Source: a virus (taxonomy: Duplodnaviria; Caudoviricetes). Taken from it: a stretch of 64,000 nucleotides of DNA. The position numbers and the translations under genes are program-made. The notes beneath the pieces are model-generated. The model was not told the origin of the DNA and made no database searches. It was given only the letters and a program-made list of their open reading frames with translations. Positions 28,632-38,456 of the stretch are shown here, piece by piece. Every line of letters begins with the position of its first letter. Positions within the stretch are counted from its first letter, which is position 1. The stretch lies in the IMG/VR virus record IMGVR_UViG_3300021093_000004. One strand, given 5' to 3'.

Positions 28632-29181
28632 TAAATCCGGAATCTCTTGTGATTCGTGTGGGATCACGTATCGCACAGATTTTTCATATTATTCGTTTGA
28701 TTTTCATAATGTCGCTGTTTATAATAATCAGCGACCTCCCATAGATACCATTATTCGATCCAATACTATATTTTCTGTTGATATTTGTACCAATTGCTTC
28801 GAAATTATAAGGAAAACGCTGATAGACAACTATTCCGAAATCATGGCTCCGAAGCGTGCAGCAAAACCGACACCGACTGTTACATGTGAGATGACCGGAA
28901 AGAAGCTTGCCGGAACATATGAATATTATTATTGTGTCGTCGCCAAAGCAAATGTCAAAATGTCTGGACAGCCAAATGTGTGCGTCAAATGCAGGACGCA
29001 GACTTTTGACAGCGATAAGCCGTGTTCGAAATGCTCTGGGAAGGAATTTATTCGGCTCGCTGCTATGGACATTGATCGTCGGCATGTCGAGATAAGTATG
29101 TGCGAGGAAGCGTACAAAGCATTTGTAATCAAAGCCGAGACGATTCGCAAGACGGCTGGGCAATGGTCAACTAAATCATGA
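28618..29181 (+). CDS. Cys-rich hypothetical protein
   Basis: Several CxxC pairs (CDSC, CTNC, CVKC, CSKC). Confidence 0.7.
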   Translation: MQLPDKSGISCDSCGITYRTDFSYYSFDFHNVAVYNNQRPPIDTIIRSNTIFSVDICTNCFEIIRKTLIDNYSEIMAPKRAAKPTPTVTCEMTGKKLAGTYEYYYCVVAKANVKMSGQPNVCVKCRTQTFDSDKPCSKCSGKEFIRLAAMDIDRRHVEISMCEEAYKAFVIKAETIRKTAGQWSTKS

Positions 29182-29344
29182 AGCGAACATGGTTGCGTGC
29201 GATCTTGGTTTACCTTATTCGTATAAATATATAGACAACACCGCAGTAATAATTATCACAATGATAGCCCACAAAGCCTGTTCGAAATGCCGGTTAATCA
29301 AACATGAAATATATCAGTAACTGTGACTCGACAGGAATATTGAG

Positions 29345-29635
29345 ATGAGAGCTTTCACTGAAGCATATGCGGAGTTACTCGAAGGAGTGGCTAAAAAATA
29401 TCAGAATCCAGAAGGCGGATTAAATTCCAAGGGTAGAGCACATTTCAAACGCACGGAAGGGGCGAATTTAAAGCCTCCTGTAAGCTCAAAGCAAGCATCC
29501 AAGTCTCCTGCTAAAGCTAAAAGAAGACGGTCTTTCTGTTCTCGGATGGGCGGTCAGAAGAAAATGCATAATATAGACTGTAGTGCCACACCTGATAAAG
29601 ATATATGTAAGGCACTTAGAAAATGGGATTGTTAA
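29345..29635 (+). CDS. DUF6321-like small basic phage protein
   Basis: NPEGGLNSKGR...RRRSFCSRM...KALRKWDC pattern recognised from large-phage proteins. Confidence 0.7.
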   Translation: MRAFTEAYAELLEGVAKKYQNPEGGLNSKGRAHFKRTEGANLKPPVSSKQASKSPAKAKRRRSFCSRMGGQKKMHNIDCSATPDKDICKALRKWDC

Positions 29636-29706
29636 TCAATGAGTCGGCTTACGATAAGCTGACCAAGTATGAAGACTAGCGATGTATATATTGCGTGGAG
29701 GACACC

Positions 29707-30282
29707 ATGCAATATAATCCATACGATCTTGTGCCGCTAGTTCTAAACGGTCAATCTACGTTCGGGCGACCAACCGCTTTCGATTCTGATGTCGTCGATC
29801 AGATGGCGATGAAGAATGCGTTTGGAAAATATGTCAAGCCGACACAAGTTACGACAACTTGCCCTGATTGCGGGCAGGGGTTTACGCTTGATGTGGAACT
29901 GTCAGAACCCCCATTTAATTCACATCAATGTTCGTGCCCGATCTGTAAGCCAGCACCGCCCCCGATGCTCGATCCGTTTACAAATCCAATAACGTCTGAG
30001 CGGATCACTGTTAACGAGCTTGATCCGATGCTTCACAATATCTCTAAACCTGTTGTACCCACAACGACGGTTGCAGAACGGATTAAGGAGCCGAAGAAAA
30101 AGAAACGCAAAGAAGAAAAACCGAAAGAAGAAAAACCGAAAGAAATACTCAAGCAAGCGGAACGACCTATACATTCTGATGGTGGTTTTATTGAATATCC
30201 AGAAGCATCTCATAAACTAGAGCCAGCCGAAGGAATGGAGGATGAAATTGAATTTAATGACGATGATCTTGTGGAACCATAA
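29707..30282 (+). CDS. zinc-ribbon hypothetical protein
   Basis: CPDC...CPIC, GGAGGA SD, charged tail. Confidence 0.7.
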   Translation: MQYNPYDLVPLVLNGQSTFGRPTAFDSDVVDQMAMKNAFGKYVKPTQVTTTCPDCGQGFTLDVELSEPPFNSHQCSCPICKPAPPPMLDPFTNPITSERITVNELDPMLHNISKPVVPTTTVAERIKEPKKKKRKEEKPKEEKPKEILKQAERPIHSDGGFIEYPEASHKLEPAEGMEDEIEFNDDDLVEP

Positions 30283-31238
30283 TGAATATTATTTTCGGAT
30301 CTGGAATTGTCGGGTTATTAGCTCGCTTCCTGCTTGGGCCAAGCTGGAAAATAATTCCGTTTTATCGTAGCCGATTTTTCAGCTTTAATCCCGCATTAGA
30401 TGATAATTTTATAATCCGTGATGATAAATTAGATCCGTTCATCAATGATGTGTCTAAGATGATAAACGTACCAATCTTCGTTTACCAACGAGTTTGGTCT
30501 GTGTCCGGTGAATTGACTAAGCAGTTTGACAAAGATTTATGTCACGCTTGGATGTATAAACTCTTTGGAGCCGATATTCCATCACAGTCACAAGTATACT
30601 TTGCTGACCGTATGAATTTATTCGTGTATGATATAAGAATAAATCAGTTGTATCAAGCGTTGACCAATAAATTTATTGATGAATTGAAGGCGGAGAACGT
30701 GGCGGGTCCGGTGACAGAAATTGGAGATCATTATATAATAAGGGGTGGAAAACGCCTCGATTTTGATAATGCTGTTAGCACAATTCCTCTCGACGCACTA
30801 TTTGAATTGTCAAAATTTCAACATAACCTTCGTGCTAAGACCCTTCATTATTTGCATGTTCAAACCGATGATTTGAATTTTGAGGGGGCTAATCAGGTTT
30901 TGGTTACGGACCAACTCATCGACTTTTACAAAGTCACACACATTGCACCGAGACGATATCTATTTCATTGTCATAACAATATACCAAATCCTGGTTTGTA
31001 TTTGATGCAATTTATGCGGCAATTCGACATTATTGACGGAACGTCTATTGAAGGGGCGATTCCGATTGGTCAGATCCCAAAATTAGACGAATTAGAAAAA
31101 CGCGGGATTTATTGTATTGGAAGTTCAGCACAATGGGACTGGTGCATGGATGTCGGAAGTTGTATTTTGCGTCTAATGAGGTATTCGCAACGTGGCAATA
31201 AACCCAACACCGTTACAGAATTCAAACTCAACGAATAA
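30282..31238 (+). CDS. FAD-binding oxidoreductase/UDP-galactopyranose mutase-like protein, divergent
   Basis: N-terminal IIFGSGIVGL, AVSTIPLDAL, C-terminal YCIGSSAQW. Confidence 0.55.
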   Translation: MNIIFGSGIVGLLARFLLGPSWKIIPFYRSRFFSFNPALDDNFIIRDDKLDPFINDVSKMINVPIFVYQRVWSVSGELTKQFDKDLCHAWMYKLFGADIPSQSQVYFADRMNLFVYDIRINQLYQALTNKFIDELKAENVAGPVTEIGDHYIIRGGKRLDFDNAVSTIPLDALFELSKFQHNLRAKTLHYLHVQTDDLNFEGANQVLVTDQLIDFYKVTHIAPRRYLFHCHNNIPNPGLYLMQFMRQFDIIDGTSIEGAIPIGQIPKLDELEKRGIYCIGSSAQWDWCMDVGSCILRLMRYSQRGNKPNTVTEFKLNE

Positions 31239-31950
31239 TTATATAATTATTCCTGCTAGACTGGCATCGACAAGATTGCCAAGAAAATTATTACTGACCG
31301 ATACAGGCCATCCACTCATTTGGCACACCATTCAACGTGCATTGGAATCGAAACTTGCCGATAATATTATAGTCGCGACTGAAGATCCTGAGATTTACTC
31401 AGCCGTAGAGTCATATTCGATTCCTCGTGTTTCTGCTGTTATGACCCCACCCTGTAACAATGGTACGCAACGAGTCTCTGTAGTTCAGGAACGGCTTCCA
31501 GAATCTCGAATTATTATTAATTTACAGGGTGATGAACCAGAATTACCTGGAATCTATATTGATGAATTGATTGCTGTTCTAGATAATAGTCAATCTGCGA
31601 TTGCCACTATCGCTGCTCCAGCTACTGACGATGAAGTCAATTCGCCATCTGTCGTCAAAGTCACGGTAACGCAGCCACCGCATAGAGCATTATACTTCAG
31701 TCGTTCTCGGATTCCATACGCAGGTCCGGTATTAAAGCATTTTGGATTATATGCATATACCCCAATATTCTTTAATGCTTATCGGTCTGAAAAATTCGAC
31801 ACTCAGTATCCCTCCGAATCTTTAGAACAGTTATCATGGTTAGAAAATCGTTGGACTATCGATGTGCTTGTAAAGAATCGTATTGATAACGTCGGGATTG
31901 ATACCCGCGAAGAGTATGATGCTTTTGTACAACGATGGCGAGTTAGTTAG
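31192..31950 (+). CDS. kdsB: CMP-Kdo synthetase (3-deoxy-manno-octulosonate cytidylyltransferase)
   Basis: IIIPARLASTRLPRKLL, NLQGDEP, LYFSRSRIP, HFGLYAY, SLEQL, GIDT. Confidence 0.9.
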   Translation: MAINPTPLQNSNSTNNYIIIPARLASTRLPRKLLLTDTGHPLIWHTIQRALESKLADNIIVATEDPEIYSAVESYSIPRVSAVMTPPCNNGTQRVSVVQERLPESRIIINLQGDEPELPGIYIDELIAVLDNSQSAIATIAAPATDDEVNSPSVVKVTVTQPPHRALYFSRSRIPYAGPVLKHFGLYAYTPIFFNAYRSEKFDTQYPSESLEQLSWLENRWTIDVLVKNRIDNVGIDTREEYDAFVQRWRVS

Positions 31951-32371
31951 TCTCGTCGGTATTGGTGTCGTTAAATGGTGTAAATACATAATGCGGGACC
32001 CCATTAATTTTACTGCGTATTAATCGATATGGGTTTCCTTTCATGCTTAGGATATTGTTCATCCTGAGTGTGAAAGCTGACGAATTAGGAACAAATTGTT
32101 GGACGGACGAAACGATGTCTGCGACAGGAATACCTTTCAATCCAGCGGTCTCCAGTTTCTGGTACGCTGCATCCATCGCGGTCACGATTCCGCTGCTCTG
32201 TTCTGACTTCTGCTGTGTTTTTTCGTCCTTGATGCGTTTGGCAGATTCAGCAATTGCCAAAGCACCGTCCAATGCAGTCCGGGCGTTGGTTGTGAGATCC
32301 TGGGCACTCTCGGCTATGATTCCGTCGAGATTTATTCCAAGGTCTACGTCAATTACCATTACTTTTGCCAT
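31943..32371 (-). CDS. hypothetical protein
   Basis: GGAGG SD before ATG 32371. Confidence 0.7.
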   Translation of the reverse strand: MAKVMVIDVDLGINLDGIIAESAQDLTTNARTALDGALAIAESAKRIKDEKTQQKSEQSSGIVTAMDAAYQKLETAGLKGIPVADIVSSVQQFVPNSSAFTLRMNNILSMKGNPYRLIRSKINGVPHYVFTPFNDTNTDETN

Positions 32372-32392
32372 CGCTAAACCTCCGAGAACGCT

Positions 32393-33154
32393 ATGAACCT
32401 TAATCAATGTATATTCTGTGATGCGACTACAGATTTAAATACTAGCCTGACTATCACGTTAGAGGATGGTAGTAAGGTTGCTGTTCGAATCTGCGATGTT
32501 CATGCCGAAGACGCAACGGTGAAATCTGCTCGTGAGGCTTACCTTGAGAAGCGAAAAAAGATCGATGAACTGCTAGCTCAAGCAAGGTCGCTTGGATTAC
32601 AATTATCTGAAAGCCCATCCGGACTTGTGGTTGCGACCCAAAAACCAGAACCGAGGGTCATGCAAGTACAACCGACTGCTGAAGCTGCGGAGGCATTGGA
32701 AGGTCCGAATGTTGTGTCTACTTCAAAGCTTGATGGTCGCAAATTTCAGTCTGTCGGTGGGACAGCCGATGGTGTGGCGGTTTCGTCTCATGCTCCGTTA
32801 GACACGTCGTCTTTGATTGACCAATTACCAGAAGGTGCACTGGATGGTCAAGCTGAAATGACTGTTGTTGAAGGTCGTGGTGGACAGCCTTTGGCGATCC
32901 CGCAACGTCGAATTGATAAAACCGGTACTACCAGAATTTCTATCAAAAAGAGCACCGATGCTGCGTTGCAAGATAGATTCAAAAAGATGGCGGCAGACAC
33001 GATGGGCGACCGCACGCCGGATTTCGCCAGATCTGGGTATCAGAATACCCAGCGGCCTTGCCCTCTATGCAAAGGTGCGTGCGTCGTGAAGCAGGGCAGG
33101 CAAGAAGTGCCGTGTCCGAAATGCAATGGAAGCGGAATTATATCGATCTATTAA
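32393..33154 (+). CDS. hypothetical protein with N-terminal Zn site and C-terminal DnaJ-like CxxCxGxG repeats
   Basis: CIFC...CDVH; CPLCKG...CPKCNGSG. Confidence 0.7.
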   Translation: MNLNQCIFCDATTDLNTSLTITLEDGSKVAVRICDVHAEDATVKSAREAYLEKRKKIDELLAQARSLGLQLSESPSGLVVATQKPEPRVMQVQPTAEAAEALEGPNVVSTSKLDGRKFQSVGGTADGVAVSSHAPLDTSSLIDQLPEGALDGQAEMTVVEGRGGQPLAIPQRRIDKTGTTRISIKKSTDAALQDRFKKMAADTMGDRTPDFARSGYQNTQRPCPLCKGACVVKQGRQEVPCPKCNGSGIISIY

Positions 33155-33387
33155 AGGCGAATTGTGCCCGGTCGGTGTGTCAATCCAAGAAATTTTCGAT
33201 GTCTTGGGCTTTTGGGGACGGTTGACAATGCTGAATATCCGGCAGTTCTACTGCCTGAATCATAGCCAGAACTGGCTTCATATGGACGATCGCTGTGAAG
33301 TATGGGCCGATTGAAGTATCCGGATGATTGCAATTGATCTCGGAGCTTGTGCAATATAAAGCTTTCACTTAATTGTCGTAGTTTCAT
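33151..33387 (-). CDS. small hypothetical protein (MKLRQLSES N-terminus)
   Basis: ATG overlaps the upstream stop; N-terminus shared with two other ORFs. Confidence 0.65.
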   Translation of the reverse strand: MKLRQLSESFILHKLRDQLQSSGYFNRPILHSDRPYEASSGYDSGSRTAGYSALSTVPKSPRHRKFLGLTHRPGTIRL

Positions 33388-33935
33388 GACAATCGATTCG
33401 CAGAACCGTCTGGTGTTCGGCTTGGGCTAGCCTCTCCGAGCCGCGACATCACGTTTTTATTGTTGTATCCCTCTCGATCATGAATCGTGAAATCGAGCGG
33501 TTGTTCTGGCTTGCTCATTTCCTTGATCTCATCGAGCTTTGGGTTGAATCCGGAGTCTTTCTCCGCCCATTCTCTCTGGTCTTCTTTGAGTTCTTCGATG
33601 ATCTTAGGTATGAAGCCAAGAGCTTTATTGCGTTCTTCTGCTGGGATTGCTTGTGCGACCATCTCTTTTTCCATGGCGGTAGAAAAAGTCGGGTCATCGA
33701 GGTATTTGTACGAGTGAACCTTTCCGAATGCTTGGCATACGCCTTCAGCATGCACCAGTTCGGCGGCTTTCACGAGAAACATCTCGTTGATATGTCCATG
33801 CAAATATTCGAGGCCACGCCAGTCTTGGCCTGCATATGGATCGTTAGCGTGGATAGATAATCCAAGCTGGGCGTCTTGGCTGAGCATTGATTTGACTGCT
33901 TCGACCAGCAGTCTTTCATTGTCATTCAGAGGCAT
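33384..33935 (-). CDS. hypothetical protein
   Basis: Strong GGGAGGGG SD before ATG 33935. Confidence 0.7.
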   Translation of the reverse strand: MPLNDNERLLVEAVKSMLSQDAQLGLSIHANDPYAGQDWRGLEYLHGHINEMFLVKAAELVHAEGVCQAFGKVHSYKYLDDPTFSTAMEKEMVAQAIPAEERNKALGFIPKIIEELKEDQREWAEKDSGFNPKLDEIKEMSKPEQPLDFTIHDREGYNNKNVMSRLGEASPSRTPDGSANRLS

Positions 33936-33971
33936 GTTCCCCTCCCGATAGTCTAATAGTAGATTTGAGCG

Positions 33972-34304
33972 ATGGATACTCAAAGCACGAAATTCAGTAG
34001 GTTTGATCAAGTCAAAATAGTTACTGTTCGTAACGTCCATTATCTATCTGCACCACCGGGTTCTGTCGTCTCACCAAAAGGCGTTTGGCAAGTATCTGCG
34101 GCCATTGGTGATGAATTGTTGCTTGTTAAGGGGAATGCAACTATTAAGATCCCGGTGACAGACGTTTTGAAGGTGGTTGACTATAACGTAAATGCCGTCA
34201 CGGCTAAATTTGGGAGACTGAGTGAATATGGCCAAGAGCGAAAAGTCGGAGAAGAAGACGACCCCGATCCCCAAAAATCTGGAAGAACTTCAGAAGGGAA
34301 TTGA
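33972..34304 (+). CDS. hypothetical protein
   Basis: 110 aa ORF preceding recA. Confidence 0.55.
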   Translation: MDTQSTKFSRFDQVKIVTVRNVHYLSAPPGSVVSPKGVWQVSAAIGDELLLVKGNATIKIPVTDVLKVVDYNVNAVTAKFGRLSEYGQERKVGEEDDPDPQKSGRTSEGN

Positions 34305-35361
34305 AAAGGAATTTGGCTCTGGGGCCGTTATGCGTGGTCGTGGCTCAGTAGTAAAGGTCGATGTCTTCCCAACCGATGTGGCGTCTATTGATATCGCCTT
34401 GGGATGTGGTGGATTACCACAAGGCAGGATTATTGAAGTCTACGGTGCTGAAAGCAGCGGTAAGACTACCACATGTCTACAATTCATTGCCGCGTGCCAG
34501 CAGCACGAATTTGCCGCGAAATCTCGGAAGGGTGTTGCTGCGTTTGTTGATGCCGAGCATGCACTTGATCCGACATGGGCAGGAAAGGTCGGGGTCAATA
34601 TGTCCGATCTTTTAGTATCTCAACCAGATAGCGGCGAAGAAGCGTTGATGATTGTTGAACGGATAGTCGATTCTGGGCTGATCGACCTGATCGTCGTGGA
34701 TTCGGTTGCCGCTCTCACACCAAAAGCTGTTCTCGATGGAGAAGTGGGAGATTCGACAATGGCGGCTTTGGCACAATTGATGTCCAAAGCTATGAATCGC
34801 CTCAAGGGGAAATGTAACCGTACCAAAACAACGGTTATTTTTATCAATCAAGTTCGCGAGAAGGTAGGGATTGTGTTTGGAAATCCAGAACTTACCCCAG
34901 GTGGCCGAGCACTGAAATTCTATGCTTCTGTACGAGCGGAAGTGAAGAAAGGAAGTCCTATCAAGCATGGCGATGTCATCGTTGGTTTCCGCCCGTCGAT
35001 AAAGATTGTGAAGAACAAAGTTGCTCCGCCATTTATGATTGGCGAATTCGACATTTGTGTGGGGATGAAAGAACGACCGGTATTTGGCATCGATACCGTT
35101 GCATCCTTGCTGGAAGTTGCGTCGACTCAGAAAATTGTATCAAGAAACGGGTCGTTTTATGTTTATGGCGACCAACGTCTTGGAAATGGGTTGGCAAACG
35201 CATTGAGTACTCTTAGGAGCAACCCTAAGATTGTGGACGAACTCAAAACGAAAATATATGATGGGATTTGTTCTCATAATGTCGTCGAAGACGAGTGTGA
35301 TGAGAATGATTCCTTTGATGTAACGGACGACATTTCGGATACCACAGAGGCAGAATTATGA
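34228..35361 (+). CDS. recA: RecA recombinase
   Basis: GLPQGRIIEVYGAESSGKTT, DAEHALD, SQPDSGEEAL, VDSVAAL, FINQVREK, GGRALKFY, KNKVAPP. Confidence 0.97.
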   Translation: MAKSEKSEKKTTPIPKNLEELQKGIEKEFGSGAVMRGRGSVVKVDVFPTDVASIDIALGCGGLPQGRIIEVYGAESSGKTTTCLQFIAACQQHEFAAKSRKGVAAFVDAEHALDPTWAGKVGVNMSDLLVSQPDSGEEALMIVERIVDSGLIDLIVVDSVAALTPKAVLDGEVGDSTMAALAQLMSKAMNRLKGKCNRTKTTVIFINQVREKVGIVFGNPELTPGGRALKFYASVRAEVKKGSPIKHGDVIVGFRPSIKIVKNKVAPPFMIGEFDICVGMKERPVFGIDTVASLLEVASTQKIVSRNGSFYVYGDQRLGNGLANALSTLRSNPKIVDELKTKIYDGICSHNVVEDECDENDSFDVTDDISDTTEAEL

Positions 35362-35693
35362 CACCTCCAAAATTTGATATCAATGATACCGTGTATCTGC
35401 GAGAATCGGCAGCTTTGGGGTTTCTCGAAGCTGTGAGGATTACGGGGGTACACAAGTATAAGGATGGTTGGGTTTATACTATCGGATCACGGGTCGCAAA
35501 CCCCCGCCATCCTGCGACTTTTGGAGATCGGATTTCTCATGTACATGGTCAAACGTTGTATTTCAGTGAGGACGAGTTCGTAACACACTGCGACGCATTG
35601 TTTTTGGCAGAAGCAAACGCGACGAATATGTTGCAACGAATTCAATCTCAACGAATGGCTATCTGTCCTACTGAATTTACTGGTGCTCCTTAA
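35358..35693 (+). CDS. hypothetical protein
   Basis: ATGA-coupled to recA. Confidence 0.7.
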   Translation: MTPPKFDINDTVYLRESAALGFLEAVRITGVHKYKDGWVYTIGSRVANPRHPATFGDRISHVHGQTLYFSEDEFVTHCDALFLAEANATNMLQRIQSQRMAICPTEFTGAP

Positions 35694-37141
35694 TGTCGGC
35701 TACATTATCCAAATTGAAAGAAGCCGATGAGAAGTCGCGATCTAATACAAATGGTGAAAAAACTACAGTAAAGCCATTTAAGCATTTTCAAGAAGAAGCG
35801 ATAATCTCTCTTTCTCTTGATCACCCAGACTTCTTTGGCGTAGTTGCACAATTCCTCAAGCCAGAGATGTTTTCCAGGCTTGAGACCCGTTGGGTCATCG
35901 CAGAGATTTTGAATTTATATGAGAAGTATGATACTGTCCCGACCCGCACAATTCTAAGAGAATATCTTGAAGGCACTCTTACCGAAGATGACCCGCACGA
36001 AGAAGTGCTGAAATTAGTAGATCGGAAATCGGACTATCGCGAAGTCCCGATCATCAAAGAACTCTTATTAACATGGGCTAGGAAAAAAGCGTTCGGAATG
36101 TTGTATAAGCCTGAAGCGATCGCCGCATATCGCGAGGGCAATTATGAATATTTGGAAACATTGTTTACGGAAGCTAACCGTATTGTTGATATCGGTGATA
36201 ATACCGGTTTTTGGTTTTTCGAAAATCTAGAGTTACTATTCCAACCTAATGTAATTGAACATCGCACAACCGGGTTCGCACGGCTTGATCGTTTATTGAA
36301 TAATGGTGGTCCGTCACCTAAAGAAGTGGTCTGCTGGATGGCGGCGACGAACGTCGGTAAATCGATTCTCCTGTGTAATAATGCAATCACTTCTCTTAAG
36401 GGTCCCGGCCTAGGAGGACAACTGGGCCAAGATGTACTGTTGGTGACTTTCGAATTGGATGCTATCAAAACGGCGATGCGGTGTTTAGCGACAGCTACCC
36501 ACTTACCTATTGACCAGTTGGACCAACATCAAGAGTTGGCTCGACGCACGATCAGATCGCTTGAAACGACATATCAGAAGAAATTCTATATTTATGAATT
36601 ATCACCAGATGAATGCAGTGTTAATCATATCTATGCATTATTGGCTAATTTGAAACGTCTGAAAGGCTGGAAGCCAGATGTTATTATTATTGACTATATG
36701 GATTTGATGGTTAGCAGGCACAAGGCGTACAACCAAAAAGAGTACGATAGACAGAAACATGTTGCTACCGAGATTCGCGGTTTGGCAAAAAATGAGAATG
36801 TCCTTGTTTACACCGCCACGCAGACTAACCGTGGTGGCATGGACGGTGGCCTTGTCGATTTAAATAAGGTGGCAGAAAGTTTCGGAAAGCAGTTTCCGCT
36901 TGACTATATCATTAGCCTTAATCAAGGCATTGATGAACGTAAATCGACTCCCGCTCAGTTACGATTTTTCATAGCTAAAAATCGTAATGGTCCGAAGCAC
37001 GAAACTATCACCTGCGAAATCGATTATAAGACAATGGTTGTCAACGAGGCTAAGATTCAGCCCACATTGTCAGTGCCATGTAAAGATGAAGATGATGACG
37101 ATGACGACAAACCAAAGAAACGCACGAAACGCAAAGGATGA
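35693..37141 (+). CDS. DnaB/T4 gp41-like replicative helicase
   Basis: AATNVGKS, VTFEL, IIIDYMD, TATQTNR, AESF, KNRNG. Confidence 0.92.
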   Translation: MSATLSKLKEADEKSRSNTNGEKTTVKPFKHFQEEAIISLSLDHPDFFGVVAQFLKPEMFSRLETRWVIAEILNLYEKYDTVPTRTILREYLEGTLTEDDPHEEVLKLVDRKSDYREVPIIKELLLTWARKKAFGMLYKPEAIAAYREGNYEYLETLFTEANRIVDIGDNTGFWFFENLELLFQPNVIEHRTTGFARLDRLLNNGGPSPKEVVCWMAATNVGKSILLCNNAITSLKGPGLGGQLGQDVLLVTFELDAIKTAMRCLATATHLPIDQLDQHQELARRTIRSLETTYQKKFYIYELSPDECSVNHIYALLANLKRLKGWKPDVIIIDYMDLMVSRHKAYNQKEYDRQKHVATEIRGLAKNENVLVYTATQTNRGGMDGGLVDLNKVAESFGKQFPLDYIISLNQGIDERKSTPAQLRFFIAKNRNGPKHETITCEIDYKTMVVNEAKIQPTLSVPCKDEDDDDDDKPKKRTKRKG

Positions 37142-37452
37142 CCATGAAATTTCGCGTATACGTTGAGGTTGATGTATCTAGAACGATCGCGGAGACTATT
37201 CAACGGAACGGATTCCAGGTGTGCCCTGACGGGTCTGCCATGCAAATCAAAGTTCCCCATGCTCCAACTATTCCACAGCGTAAAACCAAAGTTGTATTTG
37301 TTGAGAATCCAACAGACACTCTTGATGACGCCATTCACCATTGTGCTGCGCTTGAGTTGTTACGCCGTTTGGCACAGTGGAATATGCTCGATACTGCTGC
37401 TGATGGGCAATATTGGAAGGATGAGATCAAGAAAGTTACCGGTTCTGATTGA
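37138..37452 (+). CDS. hypothetical protein
   Basis: ATGA-coupled ORF. Confidence 0.6.
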   Translation: MTMKFRVYVEVDVSRTIAETIQRNGFQVCPDGSAMQIKVPHAPTIPQRKTKVVFVENPTDTLDDAIHHCAALELLRRLAQWNMLDTAADGQYWKDEIKKVTGSD

Positions 37453-37511
37453 CGGTCAATGTGTAGATACTGCACTTCTCGATATTACGCATTGGAGATA
37501 ACGGAGACGAT

Positions 37512-37955
37512 ATGGCGACCCCAAAGAGTGCGAAATTGTTGCGTGAAGAAGCTACCGACAGCGACAGAGGCGAGGACATATACATCCCCAGTTCATTCAT
37601 GGTTGAAACCCCGGAAGATCCAAGCGGTCCAATCGAGATCCGTGAAATTCCGTGCTTGAATGAATTTGTCGCGATATTGCTCTTCCGCATCAAGAGCGAT
37701 ATCGTGATGCCGGATAAGCAACAATACCGCAATGAAGGTATTGTGGTCGGGATTGGCCCAGGTCTTCCTGATGGGGTCGGTGGTCGCGTTATCACCCAAT
37801 TACAATTGGGTGACGTGGTTCTGTTCCAAGACAGAAACATCGTTTTAGACATTACTTCGGATAAGCCACCGTACAAAGGTCAAAAGGTGGTAATCATCTC
37901 CGAACGAAGCTTAATTTGTAAGCTTCCTCCCGTTGAATTCAAAATGGGGCAGTAG
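37512..37955 (+). CDS. groES: GroES-like co-chaperonin
   Basis: IPCLNEFVAI, IVMPD, EGIVVGIGPG, LGDVVLF. Confidence 0.8.
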   Translation: MATPKSAKLLREEATDSDRGEDIYIPSSFMVETPEDPSGPIEIREIPCLNEFVAILLFRIKSDIVMPDKQQYRNEGIVVGIGPGLPDGVGGRVITQLQLGDVVLFQDRNIVLDITSDKPPYKGQKVVIISERSLICKLPPVEFKMGQ

Positions 37956-37956
37956 C

Positions 37957-38433
37957 ATGCCGTTATATGATTACGCTTGTGCCGATTGCGAGAAAGCCGC
38001 ATTAGATCGGCTCAAGCGAGATCTCACATCTGAAGAATATGATGAGTTGGTATTATTTGAAACATCTCATTCAATAAATCCGACCCAAGAAGAATTACTA
38101 GAGGCTATGACCTGTCCTCGATGTAATGGTATTAATTGTGAACGGTCGATGAAAAATTCGAACGTTATCGGTTATGTCCGTGGGAACGGTTATCTTGACA
38201 AAGACGGTGCACGCCGAGATATGAACATATTTCATCTCACGCAAGACGATCCGTACGCTGAATACCGACAGCCCGGAGAAGTTGATGAGATGAAAGCTAA
38301 ATTGCAGCGTGGCGGACGGCACGATCCTAAGCGGAAACATTTCCAAGTATCATCGTCTGAAATGCAACAGGCGGTCCGTGAATCGGTGTCTAATCAGCCG
38401 ACCGAATCTAATCATCCGCCCGAATCGAATTAG
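37957..38433 (+). CDS. FmdB-family zinc-ribbon protein
   Basis: MPLYDYACADC...CPRC. Confidence 0.8.
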   Translation: MPLYDYACADCEKAALDRLKRDLTSEEYDELVLFETSHSINPTQEELLEAMTCPRCNGINCERSMKNSNVIGYVRGNGYLDKDGARRDMNIFHLTQDDPYAEYRQPGEVDEMKAKLQRGGRHDPKRKHFQVSSSEMQQAVRESVSNQPTESNHPPESN

Positions 38434-38456
38434 ATTGTTTAATTAATGCAGAGGCG

